57,367 nucleotides of DNA from Prorocentrum cordatum (Eukaryota), in NCBI GenBank assembly GCA_963575745.1, contig CAUYUJ010000034.1, positions 62,001 to 119,367 of the forward strand. The letters run 5' to 3'. Below, one piece after another: positions 1 to 11,193 of the stretch. Under the pieces are notes generated by a model. That model was not told the origin of the DNA, ran no database searches, and saw only the letters and a program-made list of their open reading frames with translations. The number at the start of each line of letters is the position of its first letter. Position 1 is the stretch's first letter. The position numbers and the translations under genes are program-made.

Positions 1-713
1 TCGTATGTGCTTGAATTGTGTCTCCAAGTAGGCTGACGATTCCCAAAAGTGTTAGCTAGCTGCAACTTGAGGGCCCCCATGGTCTTCAGAAAGGCCCCCG
101 AGTACATCTCCCGCATCCTGTTGGCTCTACTTTCGTCACCTCCACTAGACCTCCCCCTCTTACGTATAGGCCCATTCACCGCCTCCCCCGTAACCTCCAC
201 CCCATTGATCCTGTGGTGCGGGAAAACCTCCACGTTGGCGTCAGCCGAGATAACAACCTCCTCAATGTGAAATCGCTTTTTGGCCGCAGAGACATGTGCA
301 ACAAGATCCGATAACACGTCCGTATAGAGCTTGAAACTAGCGAGAAACCCTTCAGGAGAACGGCGTGCTTCACCCTGTGCACCCCGCTCAGACTCCTTAT
401 GAGGGAGATAGACAGAAACGAAGATGAGCTTGCGAAAGATCGCAATGACCCAGCGACGACCACACACAACATCGATAAGCAGATGTCTCCATACACCTCG
501 GCACAAGATGGCAGCCCGTCTCCCCGCGTTCTCCCCCTCATCTGCCGAGCGATGTATATCCCAACCCGCATCTGCAAGATCCAAGTCGTGTAAGAACTGG
601 CTCTCTTGGACCCCGACGATGGAAATCTTTAATTCGGCAATGTGATTCATGCACTCGGAGGTGTATCTTCCCAACCTCCGAACGTTCCAACCTCCAACAG
701 AAGCTGGGCACCG
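1..713 (-). CDS. LINE ORF2 N-terminal apurinic-like (APE/EEP) endonuclease domain, partial
   Basis: Manual translation of the minus strand from 713 is open to the window edge: RCPASVGGWNVRRL...IVGVQES...IFVSVYLPH...VVISADANV...LANTFGNRQPTW. These match the ordered APE motifs WNVxGL, LQE, SVYxP, GDxN and NTF..PTW. Not in the ORF track because it runs off the window. Confidence 0.88.
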
Positions 714-1826
714 TCACGAGCTGCTGTTCACCTGCCTCTCCCAAGTCTTGCAGTCCAGACCTGAATCGATGTGCTGGACCCGCTCGGCCACGAACTTCCA
801 TCCCACGGTATCCGTCCACGTACCTACACACACTTTATCACTCTGGCTATCCTTCTGCAGGTATGCCCAAGCCTTCGCAGGCCCTTCAGGCTCAAAAGTG
901 ATGAGAGCGGTGGCAACAGTCTTGAGCTTATGAAAGATCGCAGTCGCCTTGCGAGTCTCCCCAACTCGACGTCGGTCCTGTGGTGCAGGTTGGACAAACC
1001 AACCGAGGTGTCGATCTTTGTATGGTCCAAAACTGTTCTGGCAACCGACCAAATCAGGGCAAGAACTGGACCAGGCTGAGGCCCACTCGTTGCGTACTTC
1101 CCAGACCGTCCCTTTCGAAGTCCCTGGCATGAAGTATATGCGAAACTTGGTCACACCAAATCGATTGGAAGCGATATCCCCGTCCGTCCTACCCCTGTCG
1201 AAGATCTTAATAACGTCACTCTCCCGTGCTTGCGATAGTGTGTACAACTTACCTATCATGTTCCTAACCGTGGCGACCTGGATCTTGGCCTTATCTCGAG
1301 TTTCTACCTTTCGGGGGTCCTCTTGCGCGAAGCCGCCCACCTGGATCCAAGTCGGGACATGTGGTACAAAGGGCCTCTGGAAGTCAGCATTACGAGAGTC
1401 ACGAGTAGACGCACCTCCCAGAGATGATGAATCTGCCCAGGGACCCCTAGAGTTCATCTGAGCCTGAAGTGCTTTTATCTCTTTCGCCTGGGCCTCCTGA
1501 GCTGAACGAATCTCCTGCACCGACGAAGCAATAGGGGCAACCTGCTCTGATACCCTCGTTTGAATCTGCTCTTTGATGTCAACAGAGCTCTGCATAAGCA
1601 TCCTCTGCATATCTTCACGCATGGCATCGAACTGTGCACGGAGCATAGTGGCCAGATCTCCTGCTTCACCTCCTCCTCCTCCACTACTACCACTTCCATT
1701 CCCACTGACTGCCCCTCCTCCACCACCCTCGGCATCACCAAGAAGATGTCTATCTTCCAAGAGCTTCCTCTGTCGCTTCTCTCCGTTGCCCTCGGTTCCC
1801 ATATCATCATCAGAAGTCGGAACCAT
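714..1826 (-). CDS. LINE ORF1-like protein (Gly-rich linker, coiled coil, C-terminal globular region)
   Basis: Part of track ORF 714..2381. The first in-element ATG is at 1826 (MVPTSDDD). Heptad-like helix LATMLRAQFDAMREDMQ...QAKEIKALQAQM; position directly upstream of the APE domain. The frame stays open without ATG up to the element boundary and includes CPTC-x9-CWQC. The annotated start at 2381 lies in the flanking repeat. Confidence 0.7.
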   Translation of the reverse strand: MVPTSDDDMGTEGNGEKRQRKLLEDRHLLGDAEGGGGGAVSGNGSGSSGGGGGEAGDLATMLRAQFDAMREDMQRMLMQSSVDIKEQIQTRVSEQVAPIASSVQEIRSAQEAQAKEIKALQAQMNSRGPWADSSSLGGASTRDSRNADFQRPFVPHVPTWIQVGGFAQEDPRKVETRDKAKIQVATVRNMIGKLYTLSQARESDVIKIFDRGRTDGDIASNRFGVTKFRIYFMPGTSKGTVWEVRNEWASAWSSSCPDLVGCQNSFGPYKDRHLGWFVQPAPQDRRRVGETRKATAIFHKLKTVATALITFEPEGPAKAWAYLQKDSQSDKVCVGTWTDTVGWKFVAERVQHIDSGLDCKTWERQVNSSS

Positions 1827-2460
1827 CTTTCTCTTAAGATCACACTGCCAACAACTGGAAGTAGAATACCGATAAGCTCGACAAGTAGGGCACCTACTAG
1901 CCTCCAGATCACGATAGTGTTCGTCCTCGAGTTCTTCAAGAAACTTATCCCAACCCCGTAAAGGTGAATGTCGGTACGTGATGAGATCTGCTGCAACAAA
2001 AACGGTCAAAGTGTCCTTCTCAACTGCCAGAGCAAAACTGGTAAGTGCTGGGCTCCCAAGAGGATCACAAGCAAACAGCAAAGATACAAGTGCAACAAGT
2101 AGCGGCCGTGCGCCTCCAGCGGCACGTGTGGGCTCACCCAGTAACACAAGCAGAGAACAAATGCAGCGACCTATGCGCAGCACGTCCAGGAGGTTGCAGC
2201 CGACGAAGTACACGAACTTATGGGCCAGCGCGCACCCACGCGCGCCCACGGCCGCCCAGGGGGCAGCCTGAGGAGACAGGCTTGAGCCAGGGAGCTCGTA
2301 GAGCTCCTTCCACGCGTGAAAGTGCTCGGAGTCGAAGGAAGAGAGCTTCTGGAGGCATTTCTCAATAGAACGAACATTCAACGCCCCCGATGCTTCTAGA
2401 CTGTCTTCTGTACCAGCTCTGTAGCTCTCCTACAGCCCGAGTTACGTGCGTAAATCGACA

Positions 2461-3150
2461 GCACCTCTCAAGATGACTCGAACAATACGAACAGTTTGGC
2501 AAACCTAGCTCGAGTATTAGACCGAGTTCAGACCTCTGAATGCGACAGGCGGACGCGTCTGATGTCTCCGAATCGATTCCTGTGAGTACCAGCCCTGCAG
2601 CCCCCCTACAGCCCGAGTTAAGTGCAGAAAACCGACAGCACCTCGCAGGATGACTCGAACAATACAAATAGTTTCGCGAGCCTAGTTCGGGCAGCAGACC
2701 GAATTCCGAGCTCTGGATTCGACAGGCGATCGCGCCTGATGTCTCCGAATCGATGCATGTGACTACCAGCACTGTAGCCCCCCTGCAGCCCGAGTTAAGT
2801 ATAGAAAACCGACAGCACCTCTCAAGATGACTCGAACAATACGAATAGTTTCGCGAGTCTAGATCGGGCAGCAGACCGAGTTCAGAGCTCTGGATTCAAC
2901 AGACGAACGAGACTGATGATTCTGAATCGGTTTCTGTGAGAATCAGCTCTGTGGCTGTCATAAAGCTCGAGTTAAGTACAGAAGACCGAGAGCGCCTGTG
3001 AAGATGGCTCGAATAATACGAATAGGTTTGCGGACCTAGCTCGGCTAGCAGACCGAGTTCAGACCTCAGGCTGCAACAGACGAACGCGCCTGAGCCGTCC
3101 TCTATCTCGAGTTAAGTCAAATATACCGAGAGCGCCTATCAACATAACTC
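2461..3150. repeat. 177-bp tandem monomers (central repeats of a family A element)
   Basis: The AGACCGA(G/A)TTC landmark recurs near 2517, 2694, 2871 and 3048 (period 177). Confidence 0.9.
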
Positions 3151-3363
3151 GAAACGGCCGATCCCGCCCGTCTGCTTTTTCGCAGTAAAAGGTACCCGAT
3201 CGAGCTGAGATCAAGATGGCGAGCGGGAACAATATCGAATATCACGGGAAAAAACTAGAGCTCAAAAGAATTGAGGAATTTCGAGAACAAAATTGTTTGA
3301 ACCGACAAAAACTCGCCAAAAGGTCCGTCGAGATTTTTCTTGGCAACTAGCTCTCCAGCGCAA

Positions 3364-3786
3364 CTGGGAACCGGCGGTAAGCCGTCAACCAGGTTACCAC
3401 CGCCGGGCATCTCGTAGAGCTCTTTTCTTGCACAGGCTCTTCGGAACACATGAAAGAAGCTTCTACAGCAAGAGTTGACGATTTTTCAGTTTTCGTCCAC
3501 AGTCGGTTCCTCCAAGTGTTTTCATAGTAATACAGCCGCTAGAGTAAGAAATTTAACCAGCAGGTGGGTCATATCTGTCTACAGGGAATGAAAATCTCAC
3601 GTCTGAAAACGACTTTCAAAATTTTGACTTCTTTTTTTTTTAATACAAAAAAAAAAAAAAAAAAAAAAAAAAAAACACAACGACCCCAGGTTACTGCTAC
3701 ATTGTCTCTTTTCGTCGGGCCGGCCAACTAGCTGCACTCTGCGCCCGGATTCCTCTTAGCTCTTTAGCGAAGAGCTCTAGGAGGCA
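3364..3786 (-). mobile_element. Family C short element containing a T10/A29 tract
   Basis: CTGGGAACCGGCGG hairpin end at 3364; degenerate right subTIR AGCTCTAGGAGGCA at 3786, after which the host X cap resumes (TTACCCTTAAG). Confidence 0.7.
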
Positions 3787-5046
3787 TTACCCTTAAGCTT
3801 CCAGCCGTAACTTGCTAAGGGAAGCTCTACGAGTTATTCCTCTAGCTCATCGAGAACGAAGAGCTCTACGAGGTACGAAGAGCTCTGCGAGATACTCTTA
3901 AGCTTGCTGGCACCGGCGGTGAACCGTCAACCTGGTGACCGCCGGGAACTTCGTAGAGCTTCTCCCACGGGTGAGAGTGCTCAGAGTCGACGAAGAGAGC
4001 TTCTGGAGGCATTTCTCAAAAGAATTGAACATTATTTTTTTTCATGTCGACATGAAGTTGGTTCCCGCAAGTGCTTTGATAGTAAAAAGGCGCATACAGA
4101 GCTCATTCAAAGACGCAGAGGCCCTCACAGTCGTCTACAGCTGCGAAAAATCTGGTTTCTCAAAATGAATGGTCAAATATTGTTCACATCTCAGCAAAAC
4201 CGACCCCAAGTTATCACTTTGTCCATTCTGGCCAGATCGACCAACTGGGCGCCGGCGGTAAACCGTCAACCTTTCTTAGCGCCGGGAGACTCGTAGAGCT
4301 TCCTGACCATATATAATGTTAAAAAAATGAGAGAACGAATAATTCTTCAGCCCGAGCGATTCCAGACCTCTCGATGCAACAGCCGAACGTCCCTGATGCT
4401 TCTGGATCGTTTTCTGAGTACTAGCTCGTAGCTATCCCACGATCATATCGAGTCAGTTTCTGTGCGTATCAGCTCTGTAGCTATCCTACAGCCCGAATTA
4501 CGTGCGAAAATCGACAGCACCTCGCAAGACAACTCGATCAATACGAATAGGTTCGCGAACCAAGCTCGAGTACCAGACCGAGTTCAGACCTCTAAATGCG
4601 ACAGTCAGACGCGCCTGATGTCTCCAAATCGATTCCTGCGATAACCAGCCCTGTAGCCGCCCTGCAAGTGTAGAAAACCGACAGCGCCTCTATAACTCGA
4701 CCATACGAATAGTTTCGCGGACCTAGCTCGGGCAGCAGACCAAGTTCAGAGCTCTGGATGCAACAGACAAACGCGCCTCATCATTTTAAATCGGTTTCTG
4801 AAAGTATCAGCTCTGTAGCTGTCCTATAGCTCTCAAGTTAAGTTCAAAAACCGACAATGCCTGTCGAGATGACTGAAAACGGTCGATCCCGCCTGCCTGC
4901 TTTTTGGCAGTAAAAGAGACCCGATCGAGCTGAGATCAAGACGGCGAGCGGAAATAAGATCGAAAATAATGAAAAAAATACTAGAGCTCAAACAAATTGA
5001 GGAATTTCGAGAAAAAATGGGCGCCGGCGGTAAACCGTCAACCTGG

Positions 5047-5307
5047 TTTTCTTTGAGTTTGAGTCAGGGCGCGGACAGCTGTGACAGCTGAGCCCTAAGA
5101 CTCCCAAACGGAGCACAGGGTAGCTAGAGAAGGCACCTCTTATCATCACACTGCCGAGCCACTGAGGCATAGGCATCGGAATAGGATGCAGGAACAAGGA
5201 AAAGGATGCAACACAACATGTGAGAATGCAAAGGTGTTGGAACAGGTTAGAGAATGGTGTAAGAGCTGGTTGAAACGCTACCCAAAACGTGTTCCACGGC
5301 CAGGGAG
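5047..5307 (-). mobile_element. Short retroposed insert (SINE or 5'-truncated LINE 3' end) in a terminal hairpin
   Basis: Flanked by ACCTGG (5041-5046, 5308-5313); A-rich minus-strand tail CTCAAACTCAAAGAAAA; homologous to 8280-8564. Confidence 0.8.
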
Positions 5308-5737
5308 ACCTGGCTACCGCCGGGGACCTCGTAGAGCTCTTGTCTGGCCCAGCTCCTCAGAACACGTGAAGCAAGCTTAAGCGAGAGCCAAACAACTCAA
5401 AAAAAAATCGGTCGCGTAAAATGGTCTTGCGGCTTAGCTCGATGCCGAAGAGCTCTGCGAGGTATGTTCAACCGACCAAAAGTCGGCGAAGGTCGGTCGA
5501 GATTTTTCTTACCAACTGGCACCGGCGGTGAACCGTCAACCTGGTCTGCGGAGTCTGCGTAGGCCGATTCGAGCTCCCTGGAGAGCAGGCCAGGACACAG
5601 AGAAACCTAACCAGCGGAGCTGTACAGATATACACAGCGAAGCTGAAAAAGAAAGTACAAGTGCACAAACAGCGAAGCTGTAATGCACAAATATACAATA
5701 CACGAGAATGCAGCTCAAAGATTGTAAGATTGAAAGC

Positions 5738-5963
5738 AATGCGAGACCATGCAGTAACCACATATAGCGATTACCGTCTCAGCACCACTGAAAATAAAAG
5801 CAGTGAGAGACCATACAGTAACCACTGGTTTATACAGCGATTACCGTCTCAACACCACTGAGACAAACACAATACTAACAACTAAAATGACGAGTACACT
5901 TCAAAGTAATGCGAGACCATGCAGTAACCACATATAGCGATTACCGTCTCAGCACCACTGAAA
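5738..5963. repeat. Three ~55-bp direct repeats inside the 1.2-kb insert
   Basis: GAGACCATGCAGTAACCAC..ATAGCGATTACCGTCTCAGCACCACTGA at ~5738, ~5805 (variant) and ~5908. Confidence 0.85.
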
Positions 5964-6227
5964 GACCATGCACGTGAAACACAACGAATTTGCGGTCGAC
6001 TGTGCACAGAGTCAGGCAAGACACCCACCACTCTTTGAGCGGGAGTGGGCACATGCAAAACTCTTATTCCGAACAAAGTGAAGATCACGCGGAGCTCTTA
6101 TACCAACATACGCGCATGTCCGACACACACAGCATGGCAAGAGCCAACGCAAACACAAAGTCCGAAATATGTCATAACAACCCGCGGTAAGACAAGAGTC
6201 GTATGCTCACGTCAAATGTGTGATAAA

Positions 6228-6336
6228 TGAATGTCTGATAACGCACTCAAGAAGTAACTCTCGGAAAACTGAATGTCTGATAACGCACTCAGTATCTTGA
6301 ATCACCTGCATAACTGAATGTCTGATAACGCACTCA
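6228..6336. repeat. Three 22-bp direct repeats with 20- and 23-bp spacers
   Basis: TGAATGTCTGATAACGCACTCA at 6228, 6270 and 6315. Confidence 0.9.
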
Positions 6337-8279
6337 AGTATCTTGAACTCTGATCGATACGATTCAAAGAAAAAATGAAAACAGGCACGCCGATACAATG
6401 CAGAGAACCTCAATCTCAAGATACTCCAATGTCACAGAACTGTCAAAGTACCTCAATGTCAAAGAATACACACGTGTGCAAAAGCAATAATGGAGAAAGC
6501 GCAAGCAGGCAGCACAAACAAGTACAAAGCGACGACAGCGGCCTATGCGTTGAAGTCAGTCCCACTTCTGATGCCAAACAGAGCTGGCCTCCAGCATCTA
6601 TCGTCTGTCGGCCCAAGGAGAGAAGGTCGTCGCAGCCGACGAAGTACCCGCATGCATTGCACGGCCCGCCCGCGCGCACACGGCCGCCCAGGGGGCAGCC
6701 TGAGGAGACAGGCTTGAGGAAGCCCCCGACGGGCCAGGCCACCGCTGAGATCCCCGAGGAGGGACAGCAGCAACCTGGTCACCGCCGGGAACCTCGTAGA
6801 GCTCCTTTCACGCGCGAGAGTGCTAATAGTCGAAAGAGAGAGCTTATGGAGGCATTTCTCGAAAAATTGAACATTGATTTTTTTCATGTCGAGATGAAGT
6901 TGATTCCTCCAAGTGTTTTGATAGTAAATGTGTACCTACAGAGCTCATGTTAAGACGCAGAGGCCCTCATGGTCGTTTACAGGTGCGGAAAATCTGCTTT
7001 CTTAAAATGAATTGTCAAATATCTTTCAAGTCTGAGCAAAACCGACCCAAAGTCACCACTTTGTCCTTTCTGGTCGGGTCGACCAACTAGCGGCGCCGGA
7101 ATTCCTCTAGCTCATCGATAACTGGGCGCCGGTGGTAAACCGTCAACCTTTCTTACCGCCGGGGGCTCGTAGAGCTTCCTGACAATATCTAATGTGGAAA
7201 ATGCATAGAACGAATAATTTTTCAGCCCAAGTGATTTCAGACCTCTCGATGCAACAGCCGAACGCCCCCGATGCTTCTGGATTGTCTTCTTTACGAGCTC
7301 TGTATACAGCCCGAGCTACGTGCGTAAATCGCCAGCACCTCTCAAGATGACTAACAAAACAAATAGTTTGGCAACCCAGCTCGAGTATCAAACCGAGTTC
7401 AGACCTCTGAATGCGACAGGCGGACGCGTCTGATGTCTGCGAATCGACTCCTGTGATTACCAACCCTGCAGCCCCCTACAGCCCGAGTTACGTGCGTAAA
7501 CCGACAGCACCTCTCAGGATGACTCGAACAATACAGTGGTTTCGCGGACTAGTTCGGCCAGCAGACCGAGTTCCGAGCTCTGGATCGCGCCTGATGTCTT
7601 CAAATCGATTCCTGTGACCACCAGCACTGTAGCCTCAACCCAGCCCGAGTTGAGTGCAGAAAACCGAGAGCACTTCTCAAGATGACTCGAACAATACGAA
7701 CAGTTTCGCGATTCTAGATCGAGCAGCAGACCGAGTTCAGAGCTCTGGATTCAACAGACAAATGCGACTGATGATTTTGAATCGGTTTCTGTAAGTATCA
7801 GCTCTGCAGCTGTCCTATAGCCCGAGTTAAGTACAGAAAACCGAGAGCGTCTGTCAAGATGACCCAAATAATTAGCTTTGCAGACCTAGCTCGGCTAGCA
7901 GACCGACTTCAGACCTCTAGATTCAACAGACGAACGCGCCTGATCATTCTGAATCGATTAGCTGTGCTCACCAGCTCTGTAGCTGTCCTGAAGCTCGAGT
8001 TATCTTCAGAAAACCGTCATCGCGTGTCAAGATGGCTTGAAACAGCCGATCCCGCCTGCCTGCTTTTTGGCAGTAAAAAGTACCCGATCAAGCTGAGCGC
8101 AAAATGGCGAGCGGGAATAAGATCGAATATCATGGGAAAAATACTAGAGCTCAGACGAATTCTTGAATTTCGAGAACAAAATTTTCAACCGACCAAAACT
8201 CAGTCGAGATTTTTCTTGCCAACTAGCTCTCCAGCGCCCCGGAATTACTGGGAACCGGCGGTAAACCGTCAACCAAGTT

Positions 8280-8564
8280 TTTTTTGAGTTTGAGTCAGGG
8301 CGCGGACAGCTGTGACAGCTGAGCCCTAAGACTCCCAAACGGAGCACAGGGTAGCTGGAGAGGGCAACTCTTATCATCACACTGCCGAGCCACTGAGGCA
8401 TAGGCAACGGAATAGGATGCAGGAACAAGGAAAAGGATGCAATACAACATGTGAAAATGTAAAGGTGTTGGAGAGCTCCAAGCAAGATGAAATGAGTCAG
8501 CTGCTTGGATGAAAGATGCTACCCAAAATGTGCTCCACGGCCATACAGAGCCGTTGTGCTGCAA
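8280..8564 (-). mobile_element. Short retroposed insert (same family as 5047-5307) in a family C hairpin
   Basis: 11-bp TSD TCAACCAAGTT (8269-8279, 8565-8575); oligo(A) tail on the minus strand; 5' end differs from the 5047 copy. Confidence 0.85.
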
Positions 8565-11193
8565 TCAACCAAGTTACCGCCGGGCACCTCGTAGAGCTCT
8601 TTGCGCTCCTCGGAACACATAAGGGGAGCTTCTGAAGCGAGAGCCGAAAAACTCGAAAAATCATAATTTTTTCGGTTCTCATCCAAAGCCGGTTGCTCCA
8701 AGTGTTTGTATAGTAATACTGCACCTACAGACCTGAGAATTTGACTGGCAGACGCGGCATAACCCACTACAGGTGCGAAAAATCTGCTTTCTCAAAATGA
8801 ATTGTCAAATATCTTTCAAATCTTAGCAAAACCCACCCAAAGTTGTTACATTGTCTCTTTTCGTCGGGTCGGCCAACTGGGCGCCGGCGGTAAACCGTCA
8901 ACCTTCCTTACCGCCAGGGGACTCGTAGAGCTTCCTGACAATATATAATGTGGAAAAAATGCATAGAACGAATAGTTTTTCAGCCCAAGTGATTTCAGAC
9001 CTCTCGATGCAACAGCCGAACGCCCCCGATGCTTCTGGATTGTCTTCTTTGCGAGCTCTGTAGCTCTCCTACAGCCCGAGTTACGTACGTAAAGCACCTC
9101 TCAAGATCACTCTAACAAAACGAATACAACCCAGCTCGAGTATCAAACCGAATTCAGACTCCAACAGGCGGACGCGTCTGATGTCTGCGAATCGACTCCT
9201 GTGATTACCACCCCTGCAGCCCCCTACAGCTCTGGATTCGACAGGCAGACGCGCCTGATGTCTACAAATCGATTATTGTGACTACCAGCACTGTAGCCCC
9301 CCTACAAGCAAAGTTTAGTACAGAAAACCGACAGCACCTGACTCGAACAATACGAATAGTTTCGCAATTCTAGATCGGGCAGCAGACCGAGTTCAGAGCT
9401 CTGGATTCAACAGACAAATGCGACTGATGATTTTGAATCGGTTTCTGTAAGTATCAGCTATGTAGCTGTAGCTCGAGTTAAGTAAACAAAACTGAGAGCG
9501 TCTGTCAAGATGACTTGAATAATACAAATAGGTTTGCGGACCTAGCTCGGCTAGCAGACCGAGTTCAGACCTCTAGATTCAACAGGCGAACGCGCCTGAT
9601 CATTCTGAATCGATTAGCTGTGCTTACCAGCTCTGCAGCTGTCCTAAAGCTCGAGTTATCTTGAGAAAACCGTCATCGCGTGTCAAGATGACTTGAAACG
9701 GCCGATCCCGCCTGCCTGCTTTTTGGCAATAAAAGGTACCCGATCGAGCTGAGCTCAAAATGGCGAGCGGGAATAAGATCGAATATCATGGCAAAAAATA
9801 CTAGAGCTCAAACGAATTGTTGAATTCCGAGAACAAAACTGTGAGCCGGCGGTAAACCGTCAACCAGATTACCGCCGCGAGCCTCGTAGAGCTCTTTTCT
9901 TGCACGGCACTGCTAGAACACGTAGCAGGAGCTTTCCTGATACGCGAGCTGAAAACTCGAAGAAGTAAGTTTCTTTAGTTGTCACCCAACGACGGTTCCG
10001 CCAAGTGTTTTGATAGTAATGCTGCAGCTACGGACCTGAAAATTCATTGGAAGACGCGAAACAACCCACTACAGGTGCGAAAAATACCGGCTCTTAGAAC
10101 GAATGTTCAAATCTCTTACAAAGTTTGTCCAACCGACCCGAAGTTCGCACATTGTCCGTCGCAGCAGGGTCGGCCAACAGGGCGCCGGCGGTAAACCGTC
10201 AACCTTTCTTACCGCCGGGGACTCGTAGAGCTTCCTGACAATATATCATGTGGAAAAAGTGCAGAGAACGAATAGTTTTCAGCCCAAGCGATTTCAGACC
10301 TCTCGATGCAACAGCCGAACGCCCCCGATGCTTCTGGACTGTCTTCTTTACGAGCTCTGTAGCTCTCCTACAGCCCGCGTTACGTGCGTAAATCGACAGC
10401 ACCTGTCAAGATGACTCTGACAAAACGAACAGTTTGGGAACCCAGCTCGAGTATCAAACCGAGTTCAGACCTCTGAATGTGACAGGCGGACGCGTCTGAT
10501 GTCTGCAAATCGACTCCTGTGATTACCAGCCCTGCAGCCACCCTACAGCCCGAGTTACGTGCGTAAATCGACAGCACCTCTGATGATGACTCGAACAATA
10601 CAATAGTTTCGCGGACTAGTTCGGCCATAGCGAGTTCCGAGCTCTGGATTCGACAAGCAGACGCGCCTGATGTCTTCAAATCGATTCATGTGACCACCAA
10701 CTGTAGCCCCCCCCCCAGCCCGGGTTGAGTGCAGAAAACCGAGAGCACTTCTCAAGATAACTCGAACAATACGAATAGTTTCGTCTAGATCGAGCAGCAG
10801 ACCGAGTTCAGAGCTCTCGATTCAACAGACAAATGCGACTGATGATTCTGAATCAGTTTCTGTAAGTATCACCTCTGTAGCTGTCCTATAGCTCGAGTTA
10901 AGTACAGAAAACCAATAGCGCCTGTCAAGATGACCCGAATAATACGACTAGGTTTGCGGACCTAGCCTGGCTAGCAGACCGAGTTCAGACCTCTAGATTC
11001 AACAGGCGGACGCGCCTGATCATTCTGAATCGATTAGCTGTGCTTATCAGCTCTGTAGCTGTCCTGAAGCTCGAGTTATCTTCAGAAAACCGTCATCGCG
11101 TGTCAAGATGACTTGAAACGGCCGATCCCGCCTGCCTGCTTTTTGGCAGTAAAAGGTACCCGATCGAGCTGAGATCGAGATGGCGAGCGGGAA

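Larger units (their letters stand above)
1..2286 (-). mobile_element. Non-LTR (LINE-like) retrotransposon, 5' portion; continues beyond window start
   Basis: ORF1-like frame followed by an APE endonuclease frame. The 5' junction at ~2286 joins CCAGGGAGCTCGTAGAGCTCC, a remnant of the repeat family's hairpin/subTIR end. 2247-2286 is identical over 40 bp to 6679-6718 in a second retroposed insert. Confidence 0.88.
5547..6770 (-). mobile_element. 1.2-kb non-autonomous retroposon sharing its 5' segment with the LINE, inserted in a family B hairpin
   Basis: Perfect 10-bp TSD CAACCTGGTC (5537-5546, 6771-6780); 6632-6718 is homologous to LINE 2196-2286; no recognisable protein. Confidence 0.8.

Noticed and set aside
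2281..2289. TGGCTCAAG on the minus strand, matching the 3' end of the dinoflagellate spliced leader
   Set aside because: Only 9 nt. CTCAAG is also present internally in the related copy (6713-6718), and the remaining bases are explained by the flanking hairpin remnant.
2287..2381. N-terminus of the 555-aa track ORF
   Set aside because: Lies in the flanking family B/A repeat outside the LINE; chance in-frame fusion.
2900..2960. CTGATGA in monomers as a hammerhead ribozyme core
   Set aside because: No stem II followed by GAAA at the required spacing, and CTGATGA varies freely (CTGATCA, CTGATGT, CTAATCA).
6228..6336. CRISPR-like 22-bp repeats with spacers
   Set aside because: Only three repeats, short spacers, the sequences after repeats 2 and 3 share GTATCTTGAA, there are no cas genes, and it lies inside a eukaryotic retroposon.
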